This document shows positions 1-9,077 of a stretch of 64,000 bases of DNA, piece by piece. The position numbers were made by a program, and so were the translations under genes. Numbering within the stretch: position 1 is the first letter of the stretch; each line of letters opens with the position of its first letter. Below the pieces are notes generated by a model. It was not told the DNA's origin. It worked only from the letters and a program-made list of their open reading frames with translations, and searched no databases. Source of the DNA: Anaerolineae bacterium (GTDB lineage: Bacteria > Chloroflexota > Anaerolineae > Epilineales > JAHCIE01); NCBI GenBank assembly GCA_046328535.1, contig JAXLWJ010000023.1, positions 9,186-73,185 of the forward strand, read 5' to 3'.

Positions 1-1151
1 ATGGTTGCTCCCCTGTCAGACGCCCATACATCGTTGCGCCCGACAACGGAGAGCAAGCTCAACTCAGTGTCGGGCAGCGTGCTTACAACAGCCCACGCTT
101 GACCATCCCAACGGCTTAGGTAGCTAATCAATCGAAAGGCATACACCGCCGAATCAAGGTAGTTTGCGTATCCAACAGACCAAACCAGCTCCGGCCCAAT
201 TGCCTGTATATCGTTGATGCCGTATTCTTCGGTAAAGAACTGGCTTGTCCAAATCGTTCCATTCCAATACCCCACGGCGCCCGAATTGCTACACGGCGGG
301 GCGTAGCGGGGCCGCTCTTGGCTGCACTCAGCGCGGCCTATTGCTATCCAGCCGGAAGAGGGAGAGAGCATGGAAAAGCCCCAATGGGGAGCAACTAAGC
401 TGCGCACCGTTTCCCACGCCACGCCGTTCCAGTGCAACATGTTACCGTCTCGGAGCGGAGCGAGCCAAACATCGTTGGGGCTAGTTGCGGAGAAGTAGCC
501 AAAGGGCAAGGACGGCAAGGGTGAGGCAAACGGCGTCCACGTTGAGCCGTCCCAATGGTAGAGAGAGGGAGTACGAGACGTAGCCGGGTCAACCCCCACT
601 ATCCACGCATCGGAGGGGCTAAAGGCTACAACGGACGTCAGGGCCTCCGGCTCATGGAGGGAGAGCGCCCATGCTGCGCCATCCCAATGCAAGACAGCGC
701 CAGGCGAGTCGGTGCCCGCCCCTACCGCCCACACGTCCGCATCATTCACCACAGAAAGCCCGCTCAGCTCCCCCACGGGCGGCACAGGCTCAAGACGCCA
801 CGAAGCGCCATCGAAGCGCCACACCGCCCCGCCCGCGTCCGTAGAGCCTGCCGCCCACCCGCTCACACTGCTTGACATACCTAGCTTATTCGCCTTCGGG
901 TTGTTGCCGGGGAGCGTGTAGCGCGTCCACTTCCCTACGGGGTCGGGCTTCCCGGACGCACGCGAGAGCGCGGGCAAGTAGAGAGCGGCGGCGGCAGTCG
1001 GCGTCAGGTCGGGAGCCGGAGTGTCGCGGGGGCCAACGGCAATGGGCGCCGAGGCGGGGAGCGAGGCCGGTAGCGACAGGACGAGGGCGACGAGCGCCAG
1101 GGTGAAGGCGGCGCCGAGCATGAGCCAGATGACGCGCACGAGTGTTTTCAT
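1..1151 (-). CDS. secreted repeat protein (beta-propeller-like blades), C-terminal part lies outside the window
   Basis: Absent from the ORF track because the frame is open at the window edge. My translation from the ATG (complement of 1149-1151) gives MKTLVRVIWLMLGAAFTLALVALVLSLPAS..., a signal peptide. It is followed by recurring ...W..V.P....L..V.....DVWAVG-type segments. I saw no stop in the part I translated (about 720-1151). Confidence 0.55.
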   Translation of the reverse strand, partial: MKTLVRVIWLMLGAAFTLALVALVLSLPASLPASAPIAVGPRDTPAPDLTPTAAAALYLPALSRASGKPDPVGKWTRYTLPGNNPKANKLGMSSSVSGWAAGSTDAGGAVWRFDGASWRLEPVPPVGELSGLSVVNDADVWAVGAGTDSPGAVLHWDGAAWALSLHEPEALTSVVAFSPSDAWIVGVDPATSRTPSLYHWDGSTWTPFASPLPSLPFGYFSATSPNDVWLAPLRDGNMLHWNGVAWETVRSLVAPHWGFSMLSPSSGWIAIGRAECSQERPRYAPPCSNSGAVGYWNGTIWTSQFFTEEYGINDIQAIGPELVWSVGYANYLDSAVYAFRLISYLSRWDGQAWAVVSTLPDTELSLLSVVGRNDVWASDRGAT

Positions 1152-1218
1152 GATGTAAGCTCCTGTATCTGAGACGACAAAGGAGCTATCGGGGATACGG
1201 GGGGCGGATGAAGTAGGT

Positions 1219-1605
1219 CTACCCTCGCTCGATTTGCTGCCTCGCCCAGGACACGATGGTTTGCGCAAGTATCAGCGCCTGCTCGTACTCCTCTTCAGAG
1301 ACGGGGGAATAATCGCCTGGATAACGAGTTTGGACGGCGTAATTGGACAGCGCAACAGCAGCACGAACCGCGTCGGAGACACCGACGTACTGTTCTATGA
1401 GTTCGATGAGCAGTCCAAGCGAGTGGGTCTTGGGATACTCGTGGCTCCGATGAATGAGAACGGCTTTCAGCGCCTTCTCCGCCGCCTGTTCGGCCTCAAA
1501 GCACAGGTCCTCGAAAAAGACGGCTTCCGCCTTGCCGACTTGAGCAAGACGGAAATTGCTCTCAGCCCGCTGGAGCCAGATATTAGCCGCCTGCTGGGCG
1601 TTCAT
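1219..1605 (-). CDS. HEPN domain protein, putative toxin of an MNT-HEPN pair
   Basis: 128-aa ORF that is all-helical with a HEPN-like ...EYPKTHSLGLLIEL... segment. It overlaps the upstream nucleotidyltransferase gene by 23 nt, in the classic MNT-then-HEPN order. Confidence 0.8.
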   Translation of the reverse strand: MNAQQAANIWLQRAESNFRLAQVGKAEAVFFEDLCFEAEQAAEKALKAVLIHRSHEYPKTHSLGLLIELIEQYVGVSDAVRAAVALSNYAVQTRYPGDYSPVSEEEYEQALILAQTIVSWARQQIERG

Positions 1606-1960
1606 GCATCACGCGTCCCTCGCGCAAAGCCCGGTGGTAGATCAGAAGGGGATTGTCTTTGTTGCGTGCCAGCACGCTGTCATTGACCACGATGACATCC
1701 ACCGCGACACCCAAACGGCGGGCCAGAAGCGCGCGATAGATGCGGCTCGCGAGTTCGCGCTCGTTCGGGCCATCGCGCACAACCACCAGAAAATCATAGT
1801 CGCTGTCCTGCTTGGCGGTTCCGATGGCGCGCGAGCCAAAGAGAATCACTTGTTCAGGCTGACCAACTTCAACAATTGTAGCGACAAGGATGGGTAGTGG
1901 GTCGCCCGTTGCCGGCCCCGAAACTGTCCGCTCTGTTGATCTTGCGCTAGGCGATGCCAT
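1583..1960 (-). CDS. minimal nucleotidyltransferase (MNT) domain protein, putative antitoxin
   Basis: 125-aa ORF with the motif ILFGSRAIGTAKQDSDYDFLVVV (GS..G....SD.D), typical of MNT / pol-beta superfamily antitoxins. Confidence 0.8.
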   Translation of the reverse strand: MASPSARSTERTVSGPATGDPLPILVATIVEVGQPEQVILFGSRAIGTAKQDSDYDFLVVVRDGPNERELASRIYRALLARRLGVAVDVIVVNDSVLARNKDNPLLIYHRALREGRVMHERPAGG

Positions 1961-2145
1961 TCTGTGCGTCTCCCATGTCTATCATTATAGACGGGCCATC
2001 TGAGAGACGCAAGAGGTCGAGCGCTGCGCCGCCGCACCTGGGCCATAGCACAGCCCACACAGTGAGTCTCGTGGTCCCCTGGCAGTGAGACCCCCTTTGT
2101 CCCCAGCCAGCGGGGGGATGACCAAACTTCCGAGCCTCGGCTTCC

Positions 2146-2871
2146 CTACCCCATTCGCGCGCGGCAGGCGGCGACGAACGCCTCGAACAGCGCTTGCATC
2201 TCCGGCGCGTTGGGCAGCGCCTCCGGGTGCCACTGCACACCCAGGGCGAACGGGTGGCCCTGCACCTCGACGGCTTCCACGACGCCGTCGGGGGCGCGCG
2301 CCACGACCTTCAGCGCCGGCCCCACGTCGCGGATAGCCTGGTGGTGCAGGCTGTTCACGGCCAGGCTGTCGCCGCCGACAATGCGGGACAGGGTCGAGTC
2401 GGGCGCGATGGCGATGTCGTGGGGGCGGAGGTCGAACGGCAGGCCGGGGTAGTAGGTGTGGCGCTCGACGCCGGGGTGTTCGCTCACGTCCGGGTAGAGC
2501 GCGCCGCCCAGGGCGACGTTGAGCACCTGCGCCCCGCGACAGATGCCGAAGTAGGGTTTGTCGTCGTCCGCCGCCAGCCGCGCCAGGGTCATCTCCGTCC
2601 GGTCGCGCTCGGCGTCTATGCCGCCGATCTTCTCGTGCCAGCCGCCGTTGTAGTGCGTCGGGTCCACGTCACCGCCGCCCGGAATGAGGACGCCGTCCAG
2701 GCGGGCGTAGATGGCGCGCAGGCTGTCCTCGCTCAACTCCAGCGGGATGAGCAGCGGCAGGCCGCCAGCGCGCTCGACAGCGGCGACGATCTGCGCCAGG
2801 AGCAGGTCGAGCGCCTGGCGGTCGGGGGCGTTGATCGGGTTGGTGGTGATGCCGATGAGCGGCGCGGGCAT
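2146..2871 (-). CDS. class I glutamine amidotransferase / gamma-glutamyl-gamma-aminobutyrate hydrolase family (peptidase C26)
   Basis: ORF 2146..3252 trimmed to the ATG at 2869-2871 (MPAPLIGITTN...). The upstream part is Arg/Gly-rich junk. Motifs seen: FGICRGAQVLN (nucleophile Cys), LHHQA, VQWHPE. Confidence 0.85.
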   Translation of the reverse strand: MPAPLIGITTNPINAPDRQALDLLLAQIVAAVERAGGLPLLIPLELSEDSLRAIYARLDGVLIPGGGDVDPTHYNGGWHEKIGGIDAERDRTEMTLARLAADDDKPYFGICRGAQVLNVALGGALYPDVSEHPGVERHTYYPGLPFDLRPHDIAIAPDSTLSRIVGGDSLAVNSLHHQAIRDVGPALKVVARAPDGVVEAVEVQGHPFALGVQWHPEALPNAPEMQALFEAFVAACRARMG

Positions 2872-2885
2872 GGACGGCTCCTCCG

Positions 2886-4022
2886 TTACGGTGTTTTCTC
2901 GGCCCACATCATGATGCGCTTGCCTAGCTCGCGGGCGGCGTCCGGGCGGGCCAGGGCCAGGGCGCGCTCGGCCATGTCGGTGAGGGCCGTGCTGCCCGGC
3001 GCCAGCCACTCCTGAAGCTGGGCGACGACGGCCTTGGGGTTGAACGCCGCCGCGCCGACCTGGTGCTTGACCACCCAGTCCACGTTGCTCTCTTCCTGGC
3101 CTGGCACGTAGCCGAAGATGATGAGCGGGCGGCCGGCGATCATCCCCTCGGCGATGGTGCCGGGGCCGGCCTTCGTCACCAGGACATCCACCGCCGCCAT
3201 CCACTCCGGCATGTTGCGCACGAAGCCGTTGACGACCGTCGGCACTTCCCACGTGACCGCGTTGAGCTGCTCGCGCAAGGCGTCGTTGCGGCCGGCGATG
3301 ACGACGAGCTGCACCGGCAGGCCGCTCGTGGCGACGGCGCGGGCGTTCTCGAAGACCGCGCCCATCCCCTCGCCGCCGCCGACGATGAGCACGCCCGGCA
3401 GGTCTGCGCGCATGCCGAGGCGCTGCCGCAGCGCGGCCCGGTCGCCGGTGAAGCGGCGGAAGCGCGGGCTGACGGGCTGGCCGACGGTCTCGACGCGGGT
3501 CGGCGGCAGGCCGCAGCGCACCGCCTTATCGCGCGCCTCATCCGTCGGGACGTAGGTAAAGTTGACCTGCGGCTCGAACCAGGTGCGGCTGCCGTAGACC
3601 AGGTCCGTGACGATGGTCAGGGCGGGCATGGGGTGCGGCAGGGCGTGGACGGCCAGGGCCATCGGGTGGGTGACGATGGGGTGGACCGAGACGACGACGT
3701 CGGGCTTCTGAAGCTCAATGATCTTGCGCAGGCGCGGCACCAGCATCGGCAGGAAAGGCTGCCAGGCCGTATTCTTGACGACGCGGAACTCGCCCATCTC
3801 CCACGCCGCCTTCCACGCCCAGCCGCTCTGCACCATCGGGCTGTAGAGCGAGCCGAGGCGGTTGAGCGGACGCGGCAACCCCTCCAGGAAGAAGTCTACC
3901 AGGAACACCTCGGCCTGGCCCGGCCACGTCTCGTCTATGGCGTCGCGGATGGCCTCGGCGGCGCTGCGGTGGCCGCCGCCGGTATCCGAGAAAAAGAACA
4001 CGATGCGCGTGCGCGCTGACAT
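2886..4022 (-). CDS. MGDG / diglycosyl-diacylglycerol synthase-like glycosyltransferase (GT28, MurG-like)
   Basis: ORF 2886..4283 trimmed to the ATG at 4020-4022 (MSARTRIVFFFSDTGGGHRSAAEAI...). The N-terminal SDTGGGH motif and C-terminal ...VTKAGPGTIAEG... are typical of this family. Confidence 0.8.
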   Translation of the reverse strand: MSARTRIVFFFSDTGGGHRSAAEAIRDAIDETWPGQAEVFLVDFFLEGLPRPLNRLGSLYSPMVQSGWAWKAAWEMGEFRVVKNTAWQPFLPMLVPRLRKIIELQKPDVVVSVHPIVTHPMALAVHALPHPMPALTIVTDLVYGSRTWFEPQVNFTYVPTDEARDKAVRCGLPPTRVETVGQPVSPRFRRFTGDRAALRQRLGMRADLPGVLIVGGGEGMGAVFENARAVATSGLPVQLVVIAGRNDALREQLNAVTWEVPTVVNGFVRNMPEWMAAVDVLVTKAGPGTIAEGMIAGRPLIIFGYVPGQEESNVDWVVKHQVGAAAFNPKAVVAQLQEWLAPGSTALTDMAERALALARPDAARELGKRIMMWAEKTP

Positions 4023-4062
4023 AGTTGCTTCTCCTGTATCTCGACGCCTCCCCTCTCTGGTT

Positions 4063-4104
4063 CCCCTTCTCCCAAAATGGGAGAAGGGGCTAGGGGATGA
4101 GGGA
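4063..4104. repeat. family-A hairpin repeat (ccccttctccc-aaaat-gggagaagggg + ggggatgaggg tail)
   Basis: Palindromic 11-nt arms read directly in the sequence. Same family as 8057, 8185, 11662, 21519 and 48661, here in the inverted orientation. Confidence 0.8.
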
Positions 4105-4305
4105 CGAGTCTCCCCGCCGCAGAACGGCCTTGACGCTCTTCTCGAACTTGGGGCGGGGCAGCAGGACGCGGTGGCCGCAGCCGAGGCAGCGGATGCCGAT
4201 GTCGGCGCCCAGCCGCACGACCTCCCAGTCCGTCGCGCCACAGGCATGGGCCTTGCGGAGCCGGACGACGTCGCCAAGCGCAAACTGGGGAATCTCGCCC
4301 TTCAT
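4090..4305 (-). CDS. DUF951 family small protein
   Basis: 71-aa ORF with ...[47 protein letters not shown], matching the DUF951 (YyzM-like) pattern. Its last codons and stop lie inside a family-A repeat. Confidence 0.75.
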   Translation of the reverse strand: MKGEIPQFALGDVVRLRKAHACGATDWEVVRLGADIGIRCLGCGHRVLLPRPKFEKSVKAVLRRGDSSLIP

Positions 4306-4399
4306 GTGCCTCTCGCCGCCGGGAAATGTCGCATCGCGTCAGGCACGGGATTATAGCACGACCCGCCCGTCCCGTGAAGTTTGTAGCATACTGACGGGT

Positions 4400-5089
4400 A
4401 TGCTATCATTCTTGGGCTATTCGTACAAGGTCAGGTCACCTGTGTTCAATCTTCCGACCCTTAGCGTACTCATCTCGCGCGCCATCGTTCTCATCGTCGC
4501 TTTCCCGGCGCACGAGGGCGCGCACGCCATCGTGGCGAACTGGCTCGGCGACCCGACGCCGCGCCGCGCCGGCCGCATCAGTTGGAACCCGTTCCGCCAG
4601 CTCGACATCGTGGGCGCGGTGCTGTTCCTGTACGCCGGCATCGGCTGGGCGTACACGCCGGTCGACCCGTCGCGCTTGGGGCGGCGCGGCATGGCGATTG
4701 TGTCGGTCGCCGGTCCGGTGGCGAACTTCCTGGTGGCCCTCCTGTTCGCGCTCCCGGCGCGGTACGTCATCGCGAACGAGTCGCTGTCGCAACTATTCGG
4801 CTATCAACAGATTTTCCCGTCCCTGGGCCAGATTATGTGGGCCATGGTGCTGTACAATGTCATCTTGGGCGTGTTCAACCTGATTCCGATCCCACCCCTC
4901 GACGGGTTCAGCATTCTGCTCGGCATCGTGCCGTACTCCTGGTACATAATGCTGTCGAGGCTCCAGCCGTATGCCGTCATCATCATTCTCGGCGTCGTGT
5001 TTCTGCTGCCGATGGTGGGCATCAACCCCATCGGTCAGCTCATCAACAACGTCGCCCTGCCGATTGCGGCCGCGCTGGCGGGCCTATGA
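4400..5089 (+). CDS. site-2 protease family (peptidase M50) membrane metalloprotease
   Basis: ORF 4097..5089 trimmed to the ATG at 4400 (MLSFLGY...). HEGAH zinc motif, NLIPIPPLDG motif and several hydrophobic helices. Confidence 0.8.
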   Translation: MLSFLGYSYKVRSPVFNLPTLSVLISRAIVLIVAFPAHEGAHAIVANWLGDPTPRRAGRISWNPFRQLDIVGAVLFLYAGIGWAYTPVDPSRLGRRGMAIVSVAGPVANFLVALLFALPARYVIANESLSQLFGYQQIFPSLGQIMWAMVLYNVILGVFNLIPIPPLDGFSILLGIVPYSWYIMLSRLQPYAVIIILGVVFLLPMVGINPIGQLINNVALPIAAALAGL

Positions 5090-5619
5090 TGCCGTCGCAC
5101 ACTCTGCACTCGATTCGGGTGCGCGTCGGGCAGGTCGGTTACTCGATGACGGCGCGCTGGGCGCCGACGGACAACAGCGCCCTGGCCGCCCTCTCGCCCG
5201 CCGAGCGCGCCCTGTTCAATAGGATGCGGCCGGCGGACCGCGCCCACGCGCTGCGCGTCGCCCACCGCGTCGAGGGGGTGGGGTACGACGATGCGCCGCT
5301 GGTCAAGGCGGCGCTGCTGCACGACGTCGGCAAGGCCGGGCATGGTATTCACCTGCTCCACCGCGTGCTGCGGGTGCTGCTCGCCGTCCTGATTCCGGGG
5401 CTGCTCGCGCTCATCGCCGGGCCGGATGCCGGGTGGCACGAGCCATTCCACGCCCTGGTCTACCACGCCGGGATGGGCGCGGACCTGCTGGCGAGCGCCG
5501 GTAGCGACCCGTTGACGGTGGCCCTGGTGCGCTATCACGACGCGCCCAATATACCCGCCGACCTCGCCGCGCACGAGGACTGGCTGCGGGTGCTGCGAAG
5601 CGCGGATGATTTGGGGTAG
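5086..5619 (+). CDS. HD domain phosphohydrolase-like protein
   Basis: ORF 4582..5619 trimmed to the ATG at 5086, which forms an ATGA overlap with the M50 stop. ...RAHALRVAH... and LLHDVGK motifs are present. The start could also be the Met near 5146. Confidence 0.65.
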   Translation: MMPSHTLHSIRVRVGQVGYSMTARWAPTDNSALAALSPAERALFNRMRPADRAHALRVAHRVEGVGYDDAPLVKAALLHDVGKAGHGIHLLHRVLRVLLAVLIPGLLALIAGPDAGWHEPFHALVYHAGMGADLLASAGSDPLTVALVRYHDAPNIPADLAAHEDWLRVLRSADDLG

Positions 5620-5633
5620 AAGAGGAGAATCGT

Positions 5634-6596
5634 ATGGCGGATCGTCCACGCATCACCATCATCGGCCTCGGCTTCATCGGCACATCCCTGGCCCAGGGGC
5701 TGGCGCGGCTGCGCACGGCCCAGAGCAACTACGAGATCGTCGGCCACGACAGGGACAGCGCCGCCAGTAACGCCGCCAAGAAGGTCGCGGCGTTCGACAA
5801 AATCGAGTGGAACCTTATCAACGCCACTGAGCCGGCCGACATGATCTTCATCGCCACGCCCGTCCAGGGGATGCGCGAGACGATGGAGGCGATGGGCAAG
5901 TACCTCAAGCCCGGCGTCATCGTCACCGACACCGGCGGCAGCAAGAGCCAGGTGCTGCGCTGGGCGCAAGAGACGCTGCCGGACGGGGCCTACTTCATCG
6001 GCGGCGACCCACTGCTCGGCCGCGAGGGTGCGCCCGTCGCCATGGCGTCGGCGGACGTGTTCCAGAAGGCGGTGTACTGCCTGTCGCCGTCGCCCACCGC
6101 CTCCCCCGACGCCATCAACGTCCTGGCGAGCTTCGTCACGGGCCTCGGCGCGCAGCCCTTCTTCGTGGACCCGGACGAGCACGATGGGCTGATCGCCGGC
6201 GTCGGCTACGCGCCCGTGCTGTTGGCGGCCGGTCTGATGAACGCCGTCTATGGCAGCCGCACGTGGACCGAGCTGCAGCGCATGGCCGGCGCGAACTTCA
6301 AGGAGTTCACCGCCCCCCTGGCGTTGAACCCGACCCACTGGCAAGGGCTGATCGAGACGAACGGCGCAAACATGGCCCGCTGGCTCGACCTGACCATTGC
6401 CGAGCTGCAAAACCTGCGCGCGACCATTGGCAGCGGCGACCCGGCCGCTATCGAGAAGATGCTCGACGGCGTTCTGACGGCGCGGCTGAAGCTCGACGGC
6501 GACGGTAAAGAGGAGGATAACGTCATGGACGAAGTCGGCAAGGACCGCTTCCGCCAGATGTTCCTCGGCTCGATTGGGCAGCGCAAAAAGAAGTAA
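5634..6596 (+). CDS. tyrA: prephenate/arogenate dehydrogenase
   Basis: 320-aa ORF with the Rossmann motif ITIIGLGFIGTSLA and PDH-family colinearity (...TDTGGSK..., ...DPDEHDGLIA...). Confidence 0.8.
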   Translation: MADRPRITIIGLGFIGTSLAQGLARLRTAQSNYEIVGHDRDSAASNAAKKVAAFDKIEWNLINATEPADMIFIATPVQGMRETMEAMGKYLKPGVIVTDTGGSKSQVLRWAQETLPDGAYFIGGDPLLGREGAPVAMASADVFQKAVYCLSPSPTASPDAINVLASFVTGLGAQPFFVDPDEHDGLIAGVGYAPVLLAAGLMNAVYGSRTWTELQRMAGANFKEFTAPLALNPTHWQGLIETNGANMARWLDLTIAELQNLRATIGSGDPAAIEKMLDGVLTARLKLDGDGKEEDNVMDEVGKDRFRQMFLGSIGQRKKK

Positions 6597-6838
6597 TGGT
6601 CTACGTTTACATGGTCGAATGTCGCGACGGCACGCTCTACACCGGCTGGACGACCGACCTGGCGGGGCGCGTGCAGGCGCACAACAACGGGACAGGCGCG
6701 CGCTACACGCGCTCGCGCCGCCCGGTGCGCCTGGTCTACTGGGAGGCGGCCGCGGACCGCTCGGCGGCCCTGCGGCGGGAGGCGGCGCTGCGGCGTTTGC
6801 CCCGCGACCAGAAGGTCGCCCTGTGCGAGAAACACTGA
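6596..6838 (+). CDS. GIY-YIG nuclease superfamily small protein (UPF0213/YhbQ-like)
   Basis: 80-aa ORF reading VYVYMVECRDGTLYTGWTTDLAGRVQAHNNGTGARYTRSRRPV. Its start overlaps the tyrA stop. Confidence 0.8.
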   Translation: MVYVYMVECRDGTLYTGWTTDLAGRVQAHNNGTGARYTRSRRPVRLVYWEAAADRSAALRREAALRRLPRDQKVALCEKH

Positions 6839-6843
6839 ACACC

Positions 6844-8238
6844 ATGGCTGAGTCTCACTATCGTATCCTGATGGTGGCCCCGACGAGCTTCTTCGCCGAC
6901 TACGGCTGCCACGTCCGCATCCTGGAGGAAGCGCGCGTCTTGCAGGCCCTCGGCCACGAGGTCGCCATCGTGACCTACGCCCGTGGCCGCGACCTGCCCG
7001 ACGTGACCATCCATCGCACGCCGCCGCTGCCGTACCACGCCACCTACGATGTCGGCTCCTCGCGCCACAAGTTCGCCTTCGACGCCTACCTCGCGCCGAC
7101 GGTGCTGAGCGTCGGGCAGCGCTTCCGCCCCGACATCGTCCACGGCCACCTGCACGAGGGCGCGCTCCTCGGCTTCCCGTGGTCCCTCGTCGGCGGCGCG
7201 CCGCTGGTGTTCGACTTCCAGGGTTCGATGACCGCCGAGATGCTGGACCACCACTTCCTTCGCCCCGGCGGCAAGCGCGAGTGGTTCTTCCGCCAGGTGG
7301 AGAGCGCCATCAACCGCCTGCCGGACGCCGTCGTGACCAGCACCGAGCGCGCCGCGCTCCAGTACAACGCGGCGACACCCGGCCGCCACGCCCGCCCCAT
7401 CCCCGATGTCGTCAACCCGCACATGTTCCGCCCCGGCCGCCTCGCGCCCGACGAGCGCGCGGCGCTGCGGGCGCAGTGGGGCATCCCGCCGGACGCCGAC
7501 GTTGTGGTGTACCTGGGGCTGCTGGCGCACTACCAGGGCGTTGACCATCTGCTGCGCGCGGCGGCGGCGATCTGCGCCGTCCGTCCCAACGCCCACTTCC
7601 TCATCATGGGCTACCCCAACGTCGAGCATTACAAGGAGATGGCGCAGGGCCTCGGCCTGGCAGGGCGCGTGACGTTCACCGGCCGCGTCGCTTACGAGGA
7701 CAGCCCGCGCATGCTGGCGCTGGGCGATGTCGCCGTCGCGCCCAAGCTTTCCCAGACGGAGGGCGCGGGTAAGTTGCTCACCTACATGTCCATGGCCCTC
7801 CCGACCGTCGCCTTCGATACCCTGGTGGCGCGGGAGTACATGTCGGATCTGGGGTTGTATGCCCCGGCCGGCCACATCGTCGCCCTGACGACGGCCCTCG
7901 TGCGCGTGCTCGACGACCCCCAGCGCGCCGCCCTGGGCGAGCGCCTGCGGGCGCACGTCACCCGCGCGTTCCCCTGGGAAGGCGTCGGCCACGCCCTGGT
8001 GGACGTGTACGAAGATGCGCTGGCGCGGCGGGGCAAGACTCCTCCCTCCCGCCTGCCCCCCTCGCCCATTTTGGGAGAGGGGATGGGGGAGAGGGACGCG
8101 TCTTCAGCCCCTCCATCCCCCCTGCCCCCCTTCCTCCCACAAGGGGCGGAAGGGGGAGATGAATCGCTGGCGGAAACCTCTTCCCCCCTCGCCCATTTTG
8201 GCAGAGGGGGGGGGGAGAGGGACAGGGAGGCGCGATGA
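6844..8238 (+). CDS. GT4-family glycosyltransferase with a repeat-derived C-terminal extension
   Basis: ORF 6574..8238 trimmed to the ATG at 6844 (MAESHYRILMVAPTSFF...). GT-B/GT4 layout. The last ~65 aa (from about 8040) are translated family-A repeats (PPSPILGEGMGERD..., SSPLAHFGRGGGERD). Confidence 0.8.
   Translation: MAESHYRILMVAPTSFFADYGCHVRILEEARVLQALGHEVAIVTYARGRDLPDVTIHRTPPLPYHATYDVGSSRHKFAFDAYLAPTVLSVGQRFRPDIVHGHLHEGALLGFPWSLVGGAPLVFDFQGSMTAEMLDHHFLRPGGKREWFFRQVESAINRLPDAVVTSTERAALQYNAATPGRHARPIPDVVNPHMFRPGRLAPDERAALRAQWGIPPDADVVVYLGLLAHYQGVDHLLRAAAAICAVRPNAHFLIMGYPNVEHYKEMAQGLGLAGRVTFTGRVAYEDSPRMLALGDVAVAPKLSQTEGAGKLLTYMSMALPTVAFDTLVAREYMSDLGLYAPAGHIVALTTALVRVLDDPQRAALGERLRAHVTRAFPWEGVGHALVDVYEDALARRGKTPPSRLPPSPILGEGMGERDASSAPPSPLPPFLPQGAEGGDESLAETSSPLAHFGRGGGERDREAR
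8057..8227. repeat. three family-A repeat units inside the 3' end of the GT4 gene
   Basis: Units: 8057-8098 (cccctcgcccattttgggagagggg...), 8108-8158 (ccccttcctcccacaaggggcggaaggggg variant) and 8185-8227 (cccctcgcccattttggcagagggg...). Confidence 0.85.
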
Positions 8239-9077
8239 GCGTGATGGTCAACCGGGCGCGGCGGCCCCGCCTCGACAAGCGCGTCGGCGAGCTGATCCGC
8301 TACCGCGAGCTGGTGCGCAACCTTGTCATCCGCGACCTCAAGGCGCGCTACAAGAACTCGGTGCTCGGCTTCCTGTGGTCGCTGCTGAACCCGCTGCTCA
8401 TGATGGTCGTGTTCACCGTCGTGTTCACTGTCATGCTGCCGAGTACGGTGCCGAAGTATCCGGTGTTCGTGCTGTGCGCCCTCCTGCCGTGGAACTGGTT
8501 CTCCGGCTCCATCAACGGCGGCATCAACAGCGTCATCGGCAACGCCAACCTCGTCAAGAAGGTCTACTTCCCGCGCGAAGCGCTGCCCCTCTCGGTCGTG
8601 CTCGCTCAGGGCGTGAACTTCCTGCTGGCGCTCCCGGCGCTGTTCGCCATGATGCTGGTCTTCCAGGTGCCGTTCACGGTGTGGATCTTGCTGCTGCCGG
8701 TCGTCATGCTGGTGCAGCTCATCTTCACCCTGGGCATCGCCCTGTTCGTCGGCGCCCTTAACGTCTTCTTCCGCGACACCGGTGTCATCATGGAAGTGCT
8801 GCTCCAGGCGTGGTTCTTCCTGACGCCGGTCGTCTACGACATCATGGTGCTGCCGGAGAGCAAGATGATCATGGGGCATGACGTGGACGTGCGCCGCGCC
8901 GCGTTCATCCTCAACCCGATGGCGTCCATCATCGCCAACTACCGCGTCATCCTGTACTGGGGCAGCCCGCCCGCGTTCGACTTCCTCATCCGCACCGCCG
9001 TCACCTCACTGGTGATCCTGGTCTGCGGCTACTGGTTCTTCACCAGCGTCGCCTCGCGCTTCGGGGAGGAAATCTAG
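8235..9077 (+). CDS. ABC-2 type polysaccharide export permease (Wzm/TagG-like)
   Basis: 280-aa ORF with six hydrophobic segments and an N-terminal ...LIRYRELVRNLVIRDLKARYKNSVLGFLWSLLNPLL... ABC-2 signature. ATGA overlap with the upstream gene. Confidence 0.85.
   Translation: MSVMVNRARRPRLDKRVGELIRYRELVRNLVIRDLKARYKNSVLGFLWSLLNPLLMMVVFTVVFTVMLPSTVPKYPVFVLCALLPWNWFSGSINGGINSVIGNANLVKKVYFPREALPLSVVLAQGVNFLLALPALFAMMLVFQVPFTVWILLLPVVMLVQLIFTLGIALFVGALNVFFRDTGVIMEVLLQAWFFLTPVVYDIMVLPESKMIMGHDVDVRRAAFILNPMASIIANYRVILYWGSPPAFDFLIRTAVTSLVILVCGYWFFTSVASRFGEEI

Noticed and set aside
2872-4283. Long N-terminal extensions in the ORF track (2146..3252 and 2886..4283). Similar extensions occur at 4097..4399, 4582..5085, 6574..6843, 13343..13579, 15090..15329, 22144..22443 and 32598..33125.
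   Set aside because: The extensions overlap the neighbouring gene, are Arg/Pro/Gly-rich, and precede an internal Met where the recognisable family N-terminus begins, often with an ATGA overlap on the upstream stop. I trimmed the genes accordingly.
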